Shown: in pieces, positions 17,967-28,955 of the stretch | Position numbering within the stretch: the first letter of the stretch is position 1 | How the letters are laid out: the number at the start of each line of letters is the position of its first letter | IMG/VR virus record: IMGVR_UViG_3300028048_000110 | Coordinates: 1-64,000 of that record | Length of the DNA: 64,000 nt | From: a virus | Lineage: Duplodnaviria > Caudoviricetes | Reading direction: 5' to 3' (one strand) | The notes under the pieces: model-generated | Told to the model about the DNA's origin: nothing | What the model saw: the letters and a program-made list of their open reading frames with translations, nothing else | Database searches by the model: none | Translations under genes and position numbers: made by a program

Positions 17967-19283
17967 TCACACCTTAAAAGGTGTGATCTTCGTGGATCTA
18001 TGTCTCTCATAGCTCTTTGAGAATTTCTTCTCATAAGCTTCCAGAAACTCCTCACGCTTAAATTCCCTGCGTCCCACAGGTACTGAGAGTCTTTTTTCAA
18101 GAATCATCTCAACTAGCTAGACCATGTTCTTTGCAGCATGGATGTCTCTGTCTTCTTTGACTCCACATGTGCATTTGAATGTCCTTTGGGATGTCTTCAT
18201 ACTATGCGTCTTTCCACATTCCATACATATCTTTGTTGTAGGGATCATTTTGTCAAGGATAATGACATTGTCAAATGCAGTCATTAGCTTTGACTTGACT
18301 CTACCTAGTATAGAATGCTAGACTTTCTTTCCATGCCTAGTCTTGTGCCATCTAGCTAGTTGCTCATCTTGAATGATGACATTGTCATAAGGCTTGAGCT
18401 AAGCAAGGATTTTGTTGGCCAAGTCATTCTTTATGTTTGTCATCTTCTAGTACTATTGCCGTAGTAGTCTCTTTGTTCTTTCTCGATTGCTAGAGCCTTT
18501 CTTCTAGCGCTGCAGTTTCTACTGCAGTCTCTTCATATGCTCAGTTTCTCCAATCAAGACAGTCTGCTTTTCTCCATTGCTGTAAGTCAATGTTGTCTAG
18601 CAGCCAAAGTCTATGGCAATGTTCTTTCCATTGAAAGGTATCTTTGGAAGGTCTTCTTTGAAAGTGAATGTTGATATTGCAATGTAGTACCCTCTAGGAG
18701 TGTTCAGCAACTTAGCAGATGCAAGCTCAATTCTATTGTCATCTATGAACTGCTTTGCTCCAGAGACCATAACAGTTCCTGAGACTCCTTGGATCTTCAT
18801 CTTCTTCTTTGTGATGAACTTGTATGTGTTTCCATACTAACACAAGTTCAATGACTTGAGCTCATCAACAAACTTCAGCTCTCCATACTTCTGCTTCTTG
18901 CCTTTAACCAATGATATGATTGTCTTGAGGTTTGACTTCATCTCATCAACAACACCTTGCGCCATTTGTGATCCAATATATTGAAGCTGTCTTTGCTCAA
19001 TTGCTCCATTCTTTGTCTTCACATTCACTATGTCATGCTTGTGTGGACGAGTGCATTCAAATATGCTTTTGTTGTTATCTCTTGCCCATGCAATCCTGTC
19101 ATTCTTCAACCACTTTCCCTCAACAAACATCATCTTGAGCTATTCTTTTTGTCTTGTTGAGAGCTTTGACTAGTCAATCTTCACTTTGAAGACACGACAA
19201 ACTTGCTTAGAGCGTTTTGCTCTAGTCTTCTGCATTGACTCTTTTATCTTGAGCCGTTTCTCATCTGTGCATGCTTGTCTCAT
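17967..19283 (-). CDS. tnpB: TnpB RNA-guided nuclease, 438 aa with 11 in-frame TAG=Gln
   Basis: Hand translation: RuvC IAIDFG, IIQDE, Zn finger CMECG/CTCG, DRDIHAAKN; ends KITPFKV-TGA. Confidence 0.9.
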
Positions 19284-19374
19284 GTCTTCTAATCTTATTT
19301 ACTCTAGTCACGTTAAGATCGTGCATAAAAAAATGAAAAATGTGAAAGAATTAACGTCAAGAGTAAATAGAGTT

Positions 19375-19785
19375 ATGCATAAGTATGACTCATACAATCA
19401 TGTAAAGTTCTCTATAAAATACCACATCATATTGTCAGTGAAGTACCATAGAAGAATCTTGAATCCAATCATAGATGACTTGAAGAAGTCATTTGATAGA
19501 GCAGCAATTGACTAGCCATGGAAGATTGCCATAGTAGAGACTGATGCTTAGAAAGACCATCATGTCCATCTACTAGTCAAAGCACGTCCATCAATTGCCC
19601 CAAACTAGATTGTAGCTAGACTTAAGCAGTTCTCTACTTATGACTAGTGGAATAAAAACCGTAGCTATATGATAAAATATTTTTGGAATGGCGAGCACCA
19701 TTTGTGGACAAGAGGGTATTTTTGTTCTACTATAGGTGAAGTGAGTGAATAGAAGATACGACAATACATTGAAAGACAAGGATGA
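19375..19785 (+). CDS. tnpA: IS200-family Y1 transposase, 136 aa with 5 in-frame TAG=Gln
   Basis: KYHII..KY, HUH motif DHHVHLL, LWTRGYFCSTIG, catalytic YIERQG-TGA. Confidence 0.92.
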
Positions 19786-19862
19786 CTTCTGCAATTCATA
19801 TTACACCCTAAAGGATGTGATGTTTCTTGTAGAAGAAAATCTAAAGCTATAGAATTGAGTAT

Positions 19863-21317
19863 ATGGAGACGCAGCAGATGAAGTTGAGCTATGAGCAAGA
19901 AGGGTTCTTAGAGCTTGCTGAGAAAGGCAAGAACATCTTCTTGTCAGGCAATGCTGGAACTGGCAAGAGCACAGTCATCAAAGAGTTCATCAAGAAGACT
20001 GACAAGAATGTTGTTGTTGTTGCTCCAACTGGTGTTGCTGCTGTGAACATTGGTGGCCAGACAATCCACTCTTTCTTCTTGCTTCCACCAAGCTTGATGA
20101 CTCCTGACACAGTCAAAGACATACCATGGCGGAGAGTCAGAGACAAGATATCAAGAGTAGATGTCATTGTCATTGATGAGATATCAATGGTACGGAGTGA
20201 CATGCTTTGGGCAATTGACAGACGATGCAAAGAGTGCGCAAGAGGAGTCAACAAGAGCATCCCTTTTGGTGGCAAGCAAGTAGTTGCTTGTGGAGACTTC
20301 TTCCAGCTCCCTCCAGTTGTTGTAGACAAAGTAGAAGAAGACTGGCTTGAAGACAACTTTGGTGGAGAGTATGCATTTGAGACACAGATCTGGAAAGATG
20401 CCAACTTTGAGACCATTGTCTTGCGAGAGCCATTTAGGCAGAAAGGTGACAAGAAGTTCTTGGCACTCTTAGACAAAGTCAGAGCTGGAGACTTGGCTGC
20501 TGTTGTTGATGGTGCAACTAGAGATGTGCTTGGGACAATCAATGCTGAGTGTCCACAAGACAAAGTGATGGAGAAGTTCCCAATAAGGCTGTGCACAACA
20601 AACAAAGAAGCACAGATGGTGAACAATGAAGCAAGAGCAAAGATTGCTGCTCCACCAATCTACTTCAAAGCTGTTGTCAAAGGCAAGTTCAATGCGCCTG
20701 ACTACCCTACTGAAGCTGAGCTTGTGCTGAAAGCTGGATGCCGTGTGATGGTCCTCTGCAACAAGCATGACCCTAGCGGAGGGTTCTTCTATGTGAATGG
20801 CGACTGTGGAGAAGTCATAGACATAGTAGAGAACTATGACTTGTCAAAAGTCAAAGTCAAGTTTGACAACGGAAACACTTGTTGGGTAGGGTGCAAAGAG
20901 TGGAAGAACATGAAGTATGTCCTTGAGACTGACCATCTCAGTGGACGGAAGATAGTGAGGCAAGAAGAGATTGGCTCATTTGTCCAAATGCCACTTAGGC
21001 TAGCCTACGCAACCACAATACACAAGTCTCAAGGGATGACACTTGAGTCAGTTGACCTACGTCTTGGCAATGGATGCTTTGCCCATGGCCAGCTCTACAC
21101 AGCATTGTCTCGAGCAAGAAGCCTGTCTGGCCTACGTCTTGAACGGCCAATTGACCCTGAAGACTTGATACTTGATGACAGAGTTGTTGCATTCTACAAG
21201 AGCCTAGAGAAGAAGCCACTTGACTTCTTAGATAGTCAATGTGAAAGTGTAGAAGTGCCTCTAGAGCACCTCGAGAAAGTGAAAGAGTACATAGCTCAGT
21301 TGTCTGGGCAGACTTAA
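19863..21317 (+). CDS. PIF1/Dda-like SF1B DNA helicase
   Basis: GNAGTGKS, DEISM, GDFFQLPPV, AYATTIHKSQGMTL, GQLYTALSRAR; no internal TAG. Confidence 0.92.
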   Translation: METQQMKLSYEQEGFLELAEKGKNIFLSGNAGTGKSTVIKEFIKKTDKNVVVVAPTGVAAVNIGGQTIHSFFLLPPSLMTPDTVKDIPWRRVRDKISRVDVIVIDEISMVRSDMLWAIDRRCKECARGVNKSIPFGGKQVVACGDFFQLPPVVVDKVEEDWLEDNFGGEYAFETQIWKDANFETIVLREPFRQKGDKKFLALLDKVRAGDLAAVVDGATRDVLGTINAECPQDKVMEKFPIRLCTTNKEAQMVNNEARAKIAAPPIYFKAVVKGKFNAPDYPTEAELVLKAGCRVMVLCNKHDPSGGFFYVNGDCGEVIDIVENYDLSKVKVKFDNGNTCWVGCKEWKNMKYVLETDHLSGRKIVRQEEIGSFVQMPLRLAYATTIHKSQGMTLESVDLRLGNGCFAHGQLYTALSRARSLSGLRLERPIDPEDLILDDRVVAFYKSLEKKPLDFLDSQCESVEVPLEHLEKVKEYIAQLSGQT

Positions 21318-21334
21318 GTAGAAAGAAGAGACAT

Positions 21335-21859
21335 ATGGATGGCATATTGACACCTGAAGATGAAGAGAGCTTGAAGAGAGTTCGTTGGACAGTCATTGAC
21401 TTAGTTGTCACTAAGGCAGCAACTGACTATGGTGAGCTGCCAAAAGCAGCATCGTCTATATCTGCAAATGCATACGCAATTGCAGCTGGAATCGCAGACA
21501 TGGACTCTAGCACAGTCCATAGTCAAGACACTGTAATTGAGCCACATGCCATATTGTTGAAACGGCTATTGAAGCCTATGTACCACTTCAAGGTCAATGA
21601 GCTCAGCAGACTAGACCCGTGGGACAGGAATCTTCCATATCCATCAGCAGACAAATTGATATTTGTTGACTTGACAGACAAGACTCTATGGGCAGCTGTA
21701 GACAAACCAAAGCCACTAGATGACTTCTATAGAGACCTTGTTGATGCTGAGCTGCACAAAGACAAGTTCATTGGCTTCACTGTAGACACAAATCCAAGCA
21801 CTAGTCTAGTTCCGCTGCTTGAGTTGAAGATGTCACTTGTTGATTGGTGGTGCAAGTGA
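21335..21859 (+). CDS. Hypothetical protein with motif-like end (NPSTSLVPLLELKMSL)
   Basis: 174 aa. Confidence 0.75.
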   Translation: MDGILTPEDEESLKRVRWTVIDLVVTKAATDYGELPKAASSISANAYAIAAGIADMDSSTVHSQDTVIEPHAILLKRLLKPMYHFKVNELSRLDPWDRNLPYPSADKLIFVDLTDKTLWAAVDKPKPLDDFYRDLVDAELHKDKFIGFTVDTNPSTSLVPLLELKMSLVDWWCK

Positions 21860-22251
21860 AGTATGGGCGGATAGAGCTAGCTGAGTCAACAGCTTTCAGC
21901 CACAGTGGCAGAGACTGCCCTCTGAAAGTCCTTTGGCAGTCTCTCTACAAATCGCATTCATATGAAGAGTTCTGCATGCTGTGCGACATCAACCAAGAGC
22001 CAAATGCTCCAATGACTCTTGGAGCAATTCAAGGGTTCATCTACGAGTACTCATGCGGAGGAGCTAGAACCGCAACTTCTCGTATTCGACTGAGAGAATA
22101 TCGTGATAGGTTGATCTTAGAGAGGTTTAGAAGAGGAGAGGTCAGTTGCTTTGACAGCATACAGCATATGCTTGAACCAGAAGAAATAGAGTCTGGAAGA
22201 AAAGCGTATGACAAATGGTGGAAAGAGCTGAAAGAGAAGACAAGAATATGA
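21844..22251 (+). CDS. Hypothetical protein with internal motif-like SHSYEEFCMLCDI
   Basis: 135 aa. Confidence 0.75.
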   Translation: MVVQVKYGRIELAESTAFSHSGRDCPLKVLWQSLYKSHSYEEFCMLCDINQEPNAPMTLGAIQGFIYEYSCGGARTATSRIRLREYRDRLILERFRRGEVSCFDSIQHMLEPEEIESGRKAYDKWWKELKEKTRI

Positions 22252-22592
22252 AGACAGGTATTGAAAAGAGAATTGAGACTATGGACAAAGACAACAGCAA
22301 GAAGACAAAGGTGCACATCTGTGCGCACTATGAATATGAGTATGATGACCTTGGAAAGTACAGTTGGTGCCATTCAAAGAAGATGCACTGCCGAGAGTGC
22401 CCATTTGAGAGTGTATATGCACAGGTTGTCTGCCCTGGATATGAGAAAGGAGAGTATCGAGGAGAATGGGAGATAAGAGATTGGGAGAAGAAAGAGGCAG
22501 AAGACTTTCTGCACAAGCTTGCCGCAGAGCAGAAAGACATAGAAGAAGCTGAAAGAGCACTGTATGAGCAATTGAAGAAGAAGTATGGATGA
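22248..22592 (+). CDS. Cys/His-rich hypothetical protein
   Basis: ATG at 22248 overlaps previous stop; CxH, CxxC. Confidence 0.75.
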   Translation: MKTGIEKRIETMDKDNSKKTKVHICAHYEYEYDDLGKYSWCHSKKMHCRECPFESVYAQVVCPGYEKGEYRGEWEIRDWEKKEAEDFLHKLAAEQKDIEEAERALYEQLKKKYG

Positions 22593-22622
22593 TGCTTTGG
22601 CATCTCTACAGCACCTAATGCA

Positions 22623-22654
22623 AGAGACTCTAACTGAAGAGTCTCTTTCTTTTT
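22623..22654 (+). terminator. Intrinsic terminator closing the early block
   Basis: agagactc-taactgaa-gagtctct hairpin followed by ttctttttg. Confidence 0.8.
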
Positions 22655-22663
22655 GCACTATCG

Positions 22664-22672
22664 AAGTAAATA
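22664..22672 (+). promoter_or_regulatory. Late-type promoter AAGTAAATA (T4 TATAAATA-like)
   Basis: RRGTAAATA recurs upstream of TAG-containing genes: + strand 19361, 22664, 24856, 28049, 38732, 47699, 50360; - strand 19296, 32492, 38188, 57304, 61150, 62478. Confidence 0.7.
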
Positions 22673-22716
22673 AGTCATGTACGTACGAAACAAACTTTGC
22701 AAAGGATATCAATTCT

Positions 22717-24303
22717 ATGGCACAAAGAGACATTCAAGACGTTGCCAACTACATGAAGTAGATTGACGAGTCTATAGCTGCAGAAGAAGAGGCACGCATT
22801 GAAGCATGCAAGGAGTGTGAAGAGCAGCAAGCACTCGAAGATGAAGAGCTTGAAGATGAAGTCATTGACAAGAAGTCACTTGGCTTCATTGATGACACAG
22901 ACATGCAAGATGAGTCAGATGCATTCTACTCTGAAGATGAAGAGAAAGACTCTCTTGAAGAAGATGTGTCTGACTGCTTGCAGCAAGAAGCTGCTGAAGT
23001 TGAGCAGCAAGGATCAATTGAAGTAGAAGTCTACAATGAAGATGGCTTTGGAGAGCACTTTGCCCAAGAAGTCAACAAGAACATCCAAGGAGTGAAGGCT
23101 GTCGTCAAGAAGACACTTCCAAATGGCGATCTACTAGTGAAGATGTCAGGGACAAAGGATGACCTTGAGAATGCATTTGCATTCTATGTTGGCAAAGAAG
23201 ACTACTCAATGCTCTCTAGAGAAGACAAAGAAGACTTCGCGTCGCGTCTCGTGTTTGATGATGGAGACACGCTCGCAGAAGCAGACTACAGAGAAGCAGT
23301 TGCCCATTGCCTTGACCCAATCGGTGTCCATGCTTCTACAGCAAATCTTGCTGACTAGGACACATGCGCATTGTCAGTGATAAAAGAAGAGAAAGCTAAG
23401 CGTTTTGCAAAGAAGGCATTGAAGTGCCTGCAAGAGAATGACTTCTCATCACTCTCAGATGAAGAGCTTGACAAGCTTGACAAGCTGAAAGACAACATTG
23501 AAGATGGAAAGCCACTTGGAAAAGAAGACAACAAAGTGTGGCAGATAATGCTCAAAGACATGGGCTACACTCAAGAAGAGTGGGATGCTCTGCCTCCAGA
23601 GAAGCGTGAGAAGATTTGGGACTTCCACAACTAGCCAGCAATAAGCCGGACTGGGTTTGCAGATGCTGTCCATGTTGGCACTGACCCAAAGACTGGCAAG
23701 AAGTTCAAGTACCGCAACTAGTATGAGATTGACAATCCAGAGACTGGTGCTAAAGATGTGACAATGTTCAATGCCAACTATGACATGGAGCACTCACCAA
23801 ACCAGCATCCTTCTGCAGCAAAGCGTCAAGCACAGAAAGATGCAGCTGGAATTGAGCAAGCTGGCAAAGAGAAGGCTGCTAGAGATGCAATGCAGAAAGC
23901 TAGAGGGAAAGACACTTGGGATGTGCAAGACTTTGCATAGATGCTAGTTGGACTTGACAACAAGCAGCGCAAAGACTTGATGAATGAGTTGATTGATGCT
24001 GTTGACAAAGACCATGCTGATGACCCTCGTAAAGCAGGTGAAGAGACATTGTTCATAAAGAAGCTGTTTGGCAAGAAGCTCACACTTAGAGACTTTGCAA
24101 AAGCTTGGGGAAAGAGCGCACCAGGTGTGATGAAGTTTGCTGATGAGACAATTGACATTTGGAGAAAGACTCTCAAAGACATGAACATCAACTCAACAAG
24201 CTAGTTCAGAAACATGCCTCAAGCTAAGTTTGACTAGTTCTTGAAGCTGTTGAAGATCCGCATGGAAGGGCGTAGAAGTGGGTCAATTGTTGCAGGACGT
24301 TGA
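22717..24303 (+). CDS. Acidic 528-aa late protein, possible head/internal protein (TAG=Gln)
   Basis: Track ORFs 22903, 23371, 23758 and 23941 are one frame separated only by TAG; TGA at 24301. Confidence 0.8.
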
Positions 24304-24318
24304 TCTAGAAGGAGAGCT

Positions 24319-24786
24319 ATGACACTAGACTTGGCAAAGTTCATATCAAACTCAATAAAGACTCAAGCTAAGATACAGCATCTTGACATCTCAACAAAGA
24401 CTGTCAAGACACTGCCTGGGTCAATAGAGTCAATAATCACAAAAGAGTATGGTGACAACTACTTGCTAGATGCTGACTACATCTCATTCTTTTGGGGAGC
24501 AATTGGCAAAGATGAAGTCAAGAAGCTGTTCAATGTTGTTGACAAAGCTCTTGGCAAGTCTGCAAACAAGTTGACTGACACTGACTTCAAGAAGATCCCT
24601 ATCAATGCTTCTAGCAGCACAGACTCAAACGCTGGCAAAGAAGATGCTGAAGACTTAGATGCTTCAACAGAAGACTCTGAGACCATTGAGCAGAATGCTA
24701 GTGCTGAAGATGAAGCACTGGATGAAGAAGACACTTCTAGTCAAGTGGAGACTAGCTACTTCTTCTTGAAGATAACATTGAAGTGA
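24319..24786 (+). CDS. Hypothetical protein with acidic tail
   Basis: 155 aa; GGAG RBS. Confidence 0.8.
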   Translation: MTLDLAKFISNSIKTQAKIQHLDISTKTVKTLPGSIESIITKEYGDNYLLDADYISFFWGAIGKDEVKKLFNVVDKALGKSANKLTDTDFKKIPINASSSTDSNAGKEDAEDLDASTEDSETIEQNASAEDEALDEEDTSSQVETSYFFLKITLK

Positions 24787-24813
24787 CAAGCGGCACACAG
24801 TGCTGCACAGAAG

Positions 24814-24840
24814 ATCCAGTAGGCGTCTACTGGATTTTTC
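24814..24840 (+). terminator. Intrinsic terminator
   Basis: atccagtag-gcgt-ctactggat hairpin + T-run. Confidence 0.8.
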
Positions 24841-24897
24841 TATGCCTACTGTGTGAGGTAAATAAAGATAGTGTTTACAAAGACAGGTTTATAGAAG

Positions 24898-25821
24898 ATG
24901 ACATACATATTTGATGATGAAGCCTCACTTGGCCAAGCGGTAGACAGCGTAAAGCCATTCTGCAAGTTGACTAAGTAGATGGACATCCCTACTGAGAAGT
25001 AGATTGTTGGTGACTATGCTGACTTCAGCAGATACCCTGGGCTTGCGGGAAAGAAGTGGAGCAGACTATGTGGATTCACGTTCAAGAGCAAAAATGGCCA
25101 ATACTTCTAGTTTGTGTTTGTGCCTAAGTTGAAGGGCACACTCTCTAGAAACTAGAAAGCTCTGTCTGGCTGGTACTGTTGGACATTGATGCCACAAAAA
25201 GAAGACAGCAAGAAGGTCACTTCTATTGCTGAGATGAAGTCAAGATTTGGCTTTGACATAAACAAGTTTGTCCACTCTGACTTGTTTGACAAGTACATCC
25301 CCATCTTCAAGGCAAATGTCAACTATGCATTGAACCACTAGGTGAAAGACTTGTTGATGAGTCCACCTGAGTCATTTGATGACTATGAAGAGCTAGTAAG
25401 GCACATCAACGCAGTAGCAGACTCTATCAAGAAGATTGATGATGTGAAGCAAGTTGTTGCACCTTCTAATGCGCAGCCTGATGATGCTCCTGACTATGCA
25501 AAAGGGTCAACTCCAAAGGTAGGCCATGCAAAGATTGCCTACAATGCTGACAAGACATATGACTTGCCAAACATGCCAAAAGCATCACGTGAAGAAGAGC
25601 AGCGTAGACAAGCCGTCTAGAAGATTGCACAGAAGATGAATGCTGCTAGCCAAAAAGCAGATACATCTACTAGTGAAGAGCCAACACCTAATGCCAGCAA
25701 AGATAACCACATAAAGTATGACCCTTCTCTTAAGCACAAGTTTGGTGGTGGAAGGACAAAGAAGTCAGACAGTGAGATATTTGACAAATATGATGACTAT
25801 GACAATGATGACTTTAGATGA
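24898..25821 (+). CDS. Hypothetical late protein, 307 aa (TAG=Gln)
   Basis: Continuous frame from ATG 24898 through track ORFs 25342 and 25636 with only TAG interruptions. Confidence 0.75.
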
Positions 25822-27626
25822 CAATGAAGAACTCTAAGACATATGAATCTATTCTTGATGAGCCTAAAGCAACTTTGGACCCTAGTGTATGGCAAGAGCC
25901 ATCAGGAAGCGGCAAGCCAATTTTGACAGATGAAGCTGCATCAAAACTGCACAAAGCCATAGAGTGGGCTTAGGAGCAGTACCACTTCAACAACCTCAGT
26001 GTCTTCTTGCTAGGGTCTATCTGCTCAAACTCTTACTCAGAAGACTCAGACATAGACATTGACTTCTGTGCTCCTGGAGTAACAACTGATGACAATGATG
26101 AAGATGTTGTGAAGGAGTTTGGCTGGGCATTCAAGAAGAACTTCATAGAGAACTACATGGAGAAGAATCCAGAAGATGCTAAGATTGGAACCCACCCACT
26201 CGAAGTGTACTTCAGCCCTAATCCATTCTAGTGCTTTATGAGTGTAGGATGCTACAATGTCTTAGAAGAGAAGTGGGAAGTTGGGCCTGAACTCAAGAAA
26301 GAAGGGTTTGACCCAGTGTCTGAATACTATGGTGATGCAATGAAGCAAGTAGACAAGATACTGAAAGACATAAGGTCAAAGATATTTGAAGTCTATGAAC
26401 TTGCATTTGTCATAAAGAAGTCATCAGACTAGCCATTTAGAGACAAGACATTTGAGACACTGTCTAGCAAGCTTGAAGACATCTCTAAGTTGTACACGAC
26501 AATGAAGAGAGTCCGTTCAAACTTCTAGAAGCCATGCAAGAGCAAAGAAGAAGCGCTGAAGCGCCGCCAAGACAAGAAGCAACACGTTGTTGATGCAGCA
26601 TTCAAGTTCTTGGACAAATTTGGCTATGTGTCAATAATGAAAGACATGATCTAGCTGCATGATGACAAAAAGGCTGGTGCAAAACTGTCAATCAACTACA
26701 TAGTTAGCAGCATCTTAGCATCTGTGAAAGAGAACATGTCACTCAAGCACCTTCAAGACTCCGAAGACCAAGAGTTCATCAAGAAGCTAGAAGAAGCTGA
26801 CTAGCTGCTCAATGAGAGCATTGGCAAGTCAGTTTCACTTGCTGCAGTCATATCATTGCTAGCTGTTCCTAGCATATTGCCAAGAGATGCTTTAGCCGCT
26901 GACTTAGAAAGCATTCCAAAGACTGAGATGCACGTGAATTCGGATGCTGTCAAGAAGATCATCAAAAAGAACACTGTAGCTCAGTCATACAATGGCTTGA
27001 ATGCAACAAACATCATCAATGTTGTTGCTCGCACTATATATGCTGAAGCGAGAAGTGAAGGGACTGAAGGTCTTGATGCAGTCGCTAGTGTGATCTGGAA
27101 CAGAGCCGGTGGAAAGCCTGAGAACTTTGTGCCGGTGATCTCAAAGAAGAGCTAGTTCTCTTCTTGGAGATCATATAGAGGTGGATGGACAGACAAAGAC
27201 TTCATATACAAGATACCTAGCTTCTAGATATTTAGGAAAGATAGCTAGAGAAAGATCTGGGACTATTGTGTCCATCTTGCAACATTGATGTACAATGGCA
27301 ACTTCAAGTCAACAATTGGCAATCGCAACATGATTGGCAACAAGAAGCTAGACAACAAAGATGCATGGGACTCTTGGGGAAAAGACTGTGATCTCAAGAT
27401 TGGAAACCATGTGTTTGGGTATGAAGCCTGCCACGATGGATTTGCAAAGAAAGGCAAAGCTAAGCAGACATCTTCTAAGCCAGTTGTTGTAGTTGTCCAA
27501 GGTGGAGACACTCTCTAGAAGATTGCCAAAGCCAACAAGACAACTATAGACAAGATTCTCAAGCTAAACAAAAGCATAAAAGACCCAAACAAGATAAAGA
27601 TTGGGCAGAAGATACAGATAGCATGA
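25818..27626 (+). CDS. Fusion: pol-beta-like nucleotidyltransferase + SleB/Hydrolase_2 cell-wall hydrolase + LysM, 602 aa, 10 TAG=Gln
   Basis: LLGSICSNSYSEDSDIDID (GS..DxD); ARTIYAEARSEG..AVASVIWNR and KKS-TAG(Q)-FSSW; C-terminal VQGGDTLQKIAK..IDKILKLN..IKDPNKIKIGQKI. Confidence 0.85.
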
Positions 27627-27814
27627 ACAAGCAGATTCCAGACTACATCAACTATGCTCTGAGAGACATGAAGAGTGCAGTCTAGCGTGACTCATACAAC
27701 TTGACAAGAGATGACCACGATGCAATACTGCACTAGATAGACATTCTTGAGCAGTTCATCAAAGAGAGATATGCAAGCCATGGAGACTAGCAGCTAGACA
27801 CTCAGCAGCAGTGA
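27623..27814 (+). CDS. Small hypothetical protein (TAG=Gln)
   Basis: ATGA overlap with previous stop; 3 internal TAG. Confidence 0.5.
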
Positions 27815-28049
27815 TGAAGACTTGACATACTGGGCATGGCTCTAGAAGCAAGAGACTTCGGTCTGGGACTTACTGAGTGGTGATCCACTTGCAGGAGTTG
27901 ATCCAGCAGATGTCCTTTGCAAGCCAAAGCCTAAGAAGCCAAGCATAATGCCATATGTCAGCATCACCGACTTGAACAACTCAGATGATGCTCCGTATGA
28001 GAACAAGCCAAAGCCGGCAGTTGAGGTTGGCTTGAACCTCAGCTTTTGA
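27780..28049 (+). CDS. Small hypothetical protein (TAG=Gln)
   Basis: Open frame with 2 TAG, TGA at 28047. Confidence 0.45.
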
Positions 28050-28095
28050 GGTAAATATCTAAATAGAAAGCAATACAGCAAAAGGAAAAGCGAAA

Positions 28096-28950
28096 ATGGC
28101 ATCATATACCTTTCTTGGAAATCCACCGCCAAATGTCCAAGAGTGGATAAAAAATCATTATGGACCAAAATTGAATGACCCACTCTGCTTCACGGCAGTT
28201 GACGCTGGGGCTACGATAGCATTCAACAAAGTCGGCAGTCCAGATGCAGCAAGCATCGTATATGCCACCGAGAGTTCTGGATAGAGGGCAGCATTGGATT
28301 GGCAGCCATATACATTCAACACAGAGGTTATACTTGCCAATGTCGGCGACAAGGTGTACTTCAGAGCCGCTGACGAGAATGACATTTCATTCTATAAGAC
28401 ATCTAGAGCATATTACAGATTTGCTACTACAGCTGGAAAGAAGATAGCTGCAAGTGGAAACATCTAGACCCTGATGAAGGCGGATGGTTCAAGGCTAGAC
28501 ATATCTGGGAAGACCAACTGCTACAGCCGCATGTTCTCCAACTGCTCATCCTTGACGACTGCTCCAGCTCTGCCAGCTACGACACTTGCTGGCTTATGCT
28601 ACGACAGCATGTTCTCCAACTGCTCATCCTTGACATCTGCTCCAGCTTTGCCGGCTACGACACTTGCCAACAGCTGCTACAACAGCATGTTCTACAACTG
28701 CTCATCCTTGACGACTGCTCCAGCTTTGCCGGCTACTACACTTGCTGACTATTGCTACGAAAGCATGTTCTTTAATTGTCCAAATATCATAGAAATTACA
28801 TTTGCCAACCTTACATGCAACTATGTTGTAAAACATGCTTTGCAGTGGGGTATTGGCATTGATTCTAATTACAATAAGTTTTTGGTGGTTGCATACTGCT
28901 CTGATGGCGTTGTTGTCATAAATGACGGCAGTGGAAGCTCAGGTTCTTGA
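28096..28950 (+). CDS. Surface/receptor-binding-type protein with 26-aa LPATTLA..CY..MF.NC.SL repeats (BspA/DUF285-like), 2 TAG=Gln
   Basis: Track ORFs 28096 and 28474 share a frame; ASGNI(Q)TLM precedes the repeats. Confidence 0.8.
28519..28779 (+). repeat. 78-nt coding tandem repeat x3.3
   Basis: Units start at 28519, 28597, 28675 and 28753. Confidence 0.95.
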
Positions 28951-28955
28951 TTGAC

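Larger units (their letters stand above)
17958..19840 (-). mobile_element. IS605-type element (divergent tnpA + tnpB), recoded (TAG=Gln)
   Basis: Subterminal hairpins cacaccttaaaaggtgtg (17968-17985) and acaccctaaaggatgt (~19803-19818) are shared with the element at 55976-57407; boundaries inferred from IS608 geometry. Confidence 0.85.

Noticed and set aside
19889-20626. Long antisense ORFs (also 44996-45550, 54265-54690, 12354-12920 and others)
   Set aside because: Shadow frames of well-supported genes on the opposite strand, with no motifs or RBS.
28519-28779. 78-nt (and 66-nt at 43595) repeats as a CRISPR array
   Set aside because: The repeats are contiguous, multiples of 3 and encode LRR-like units; there are no unique spacers.
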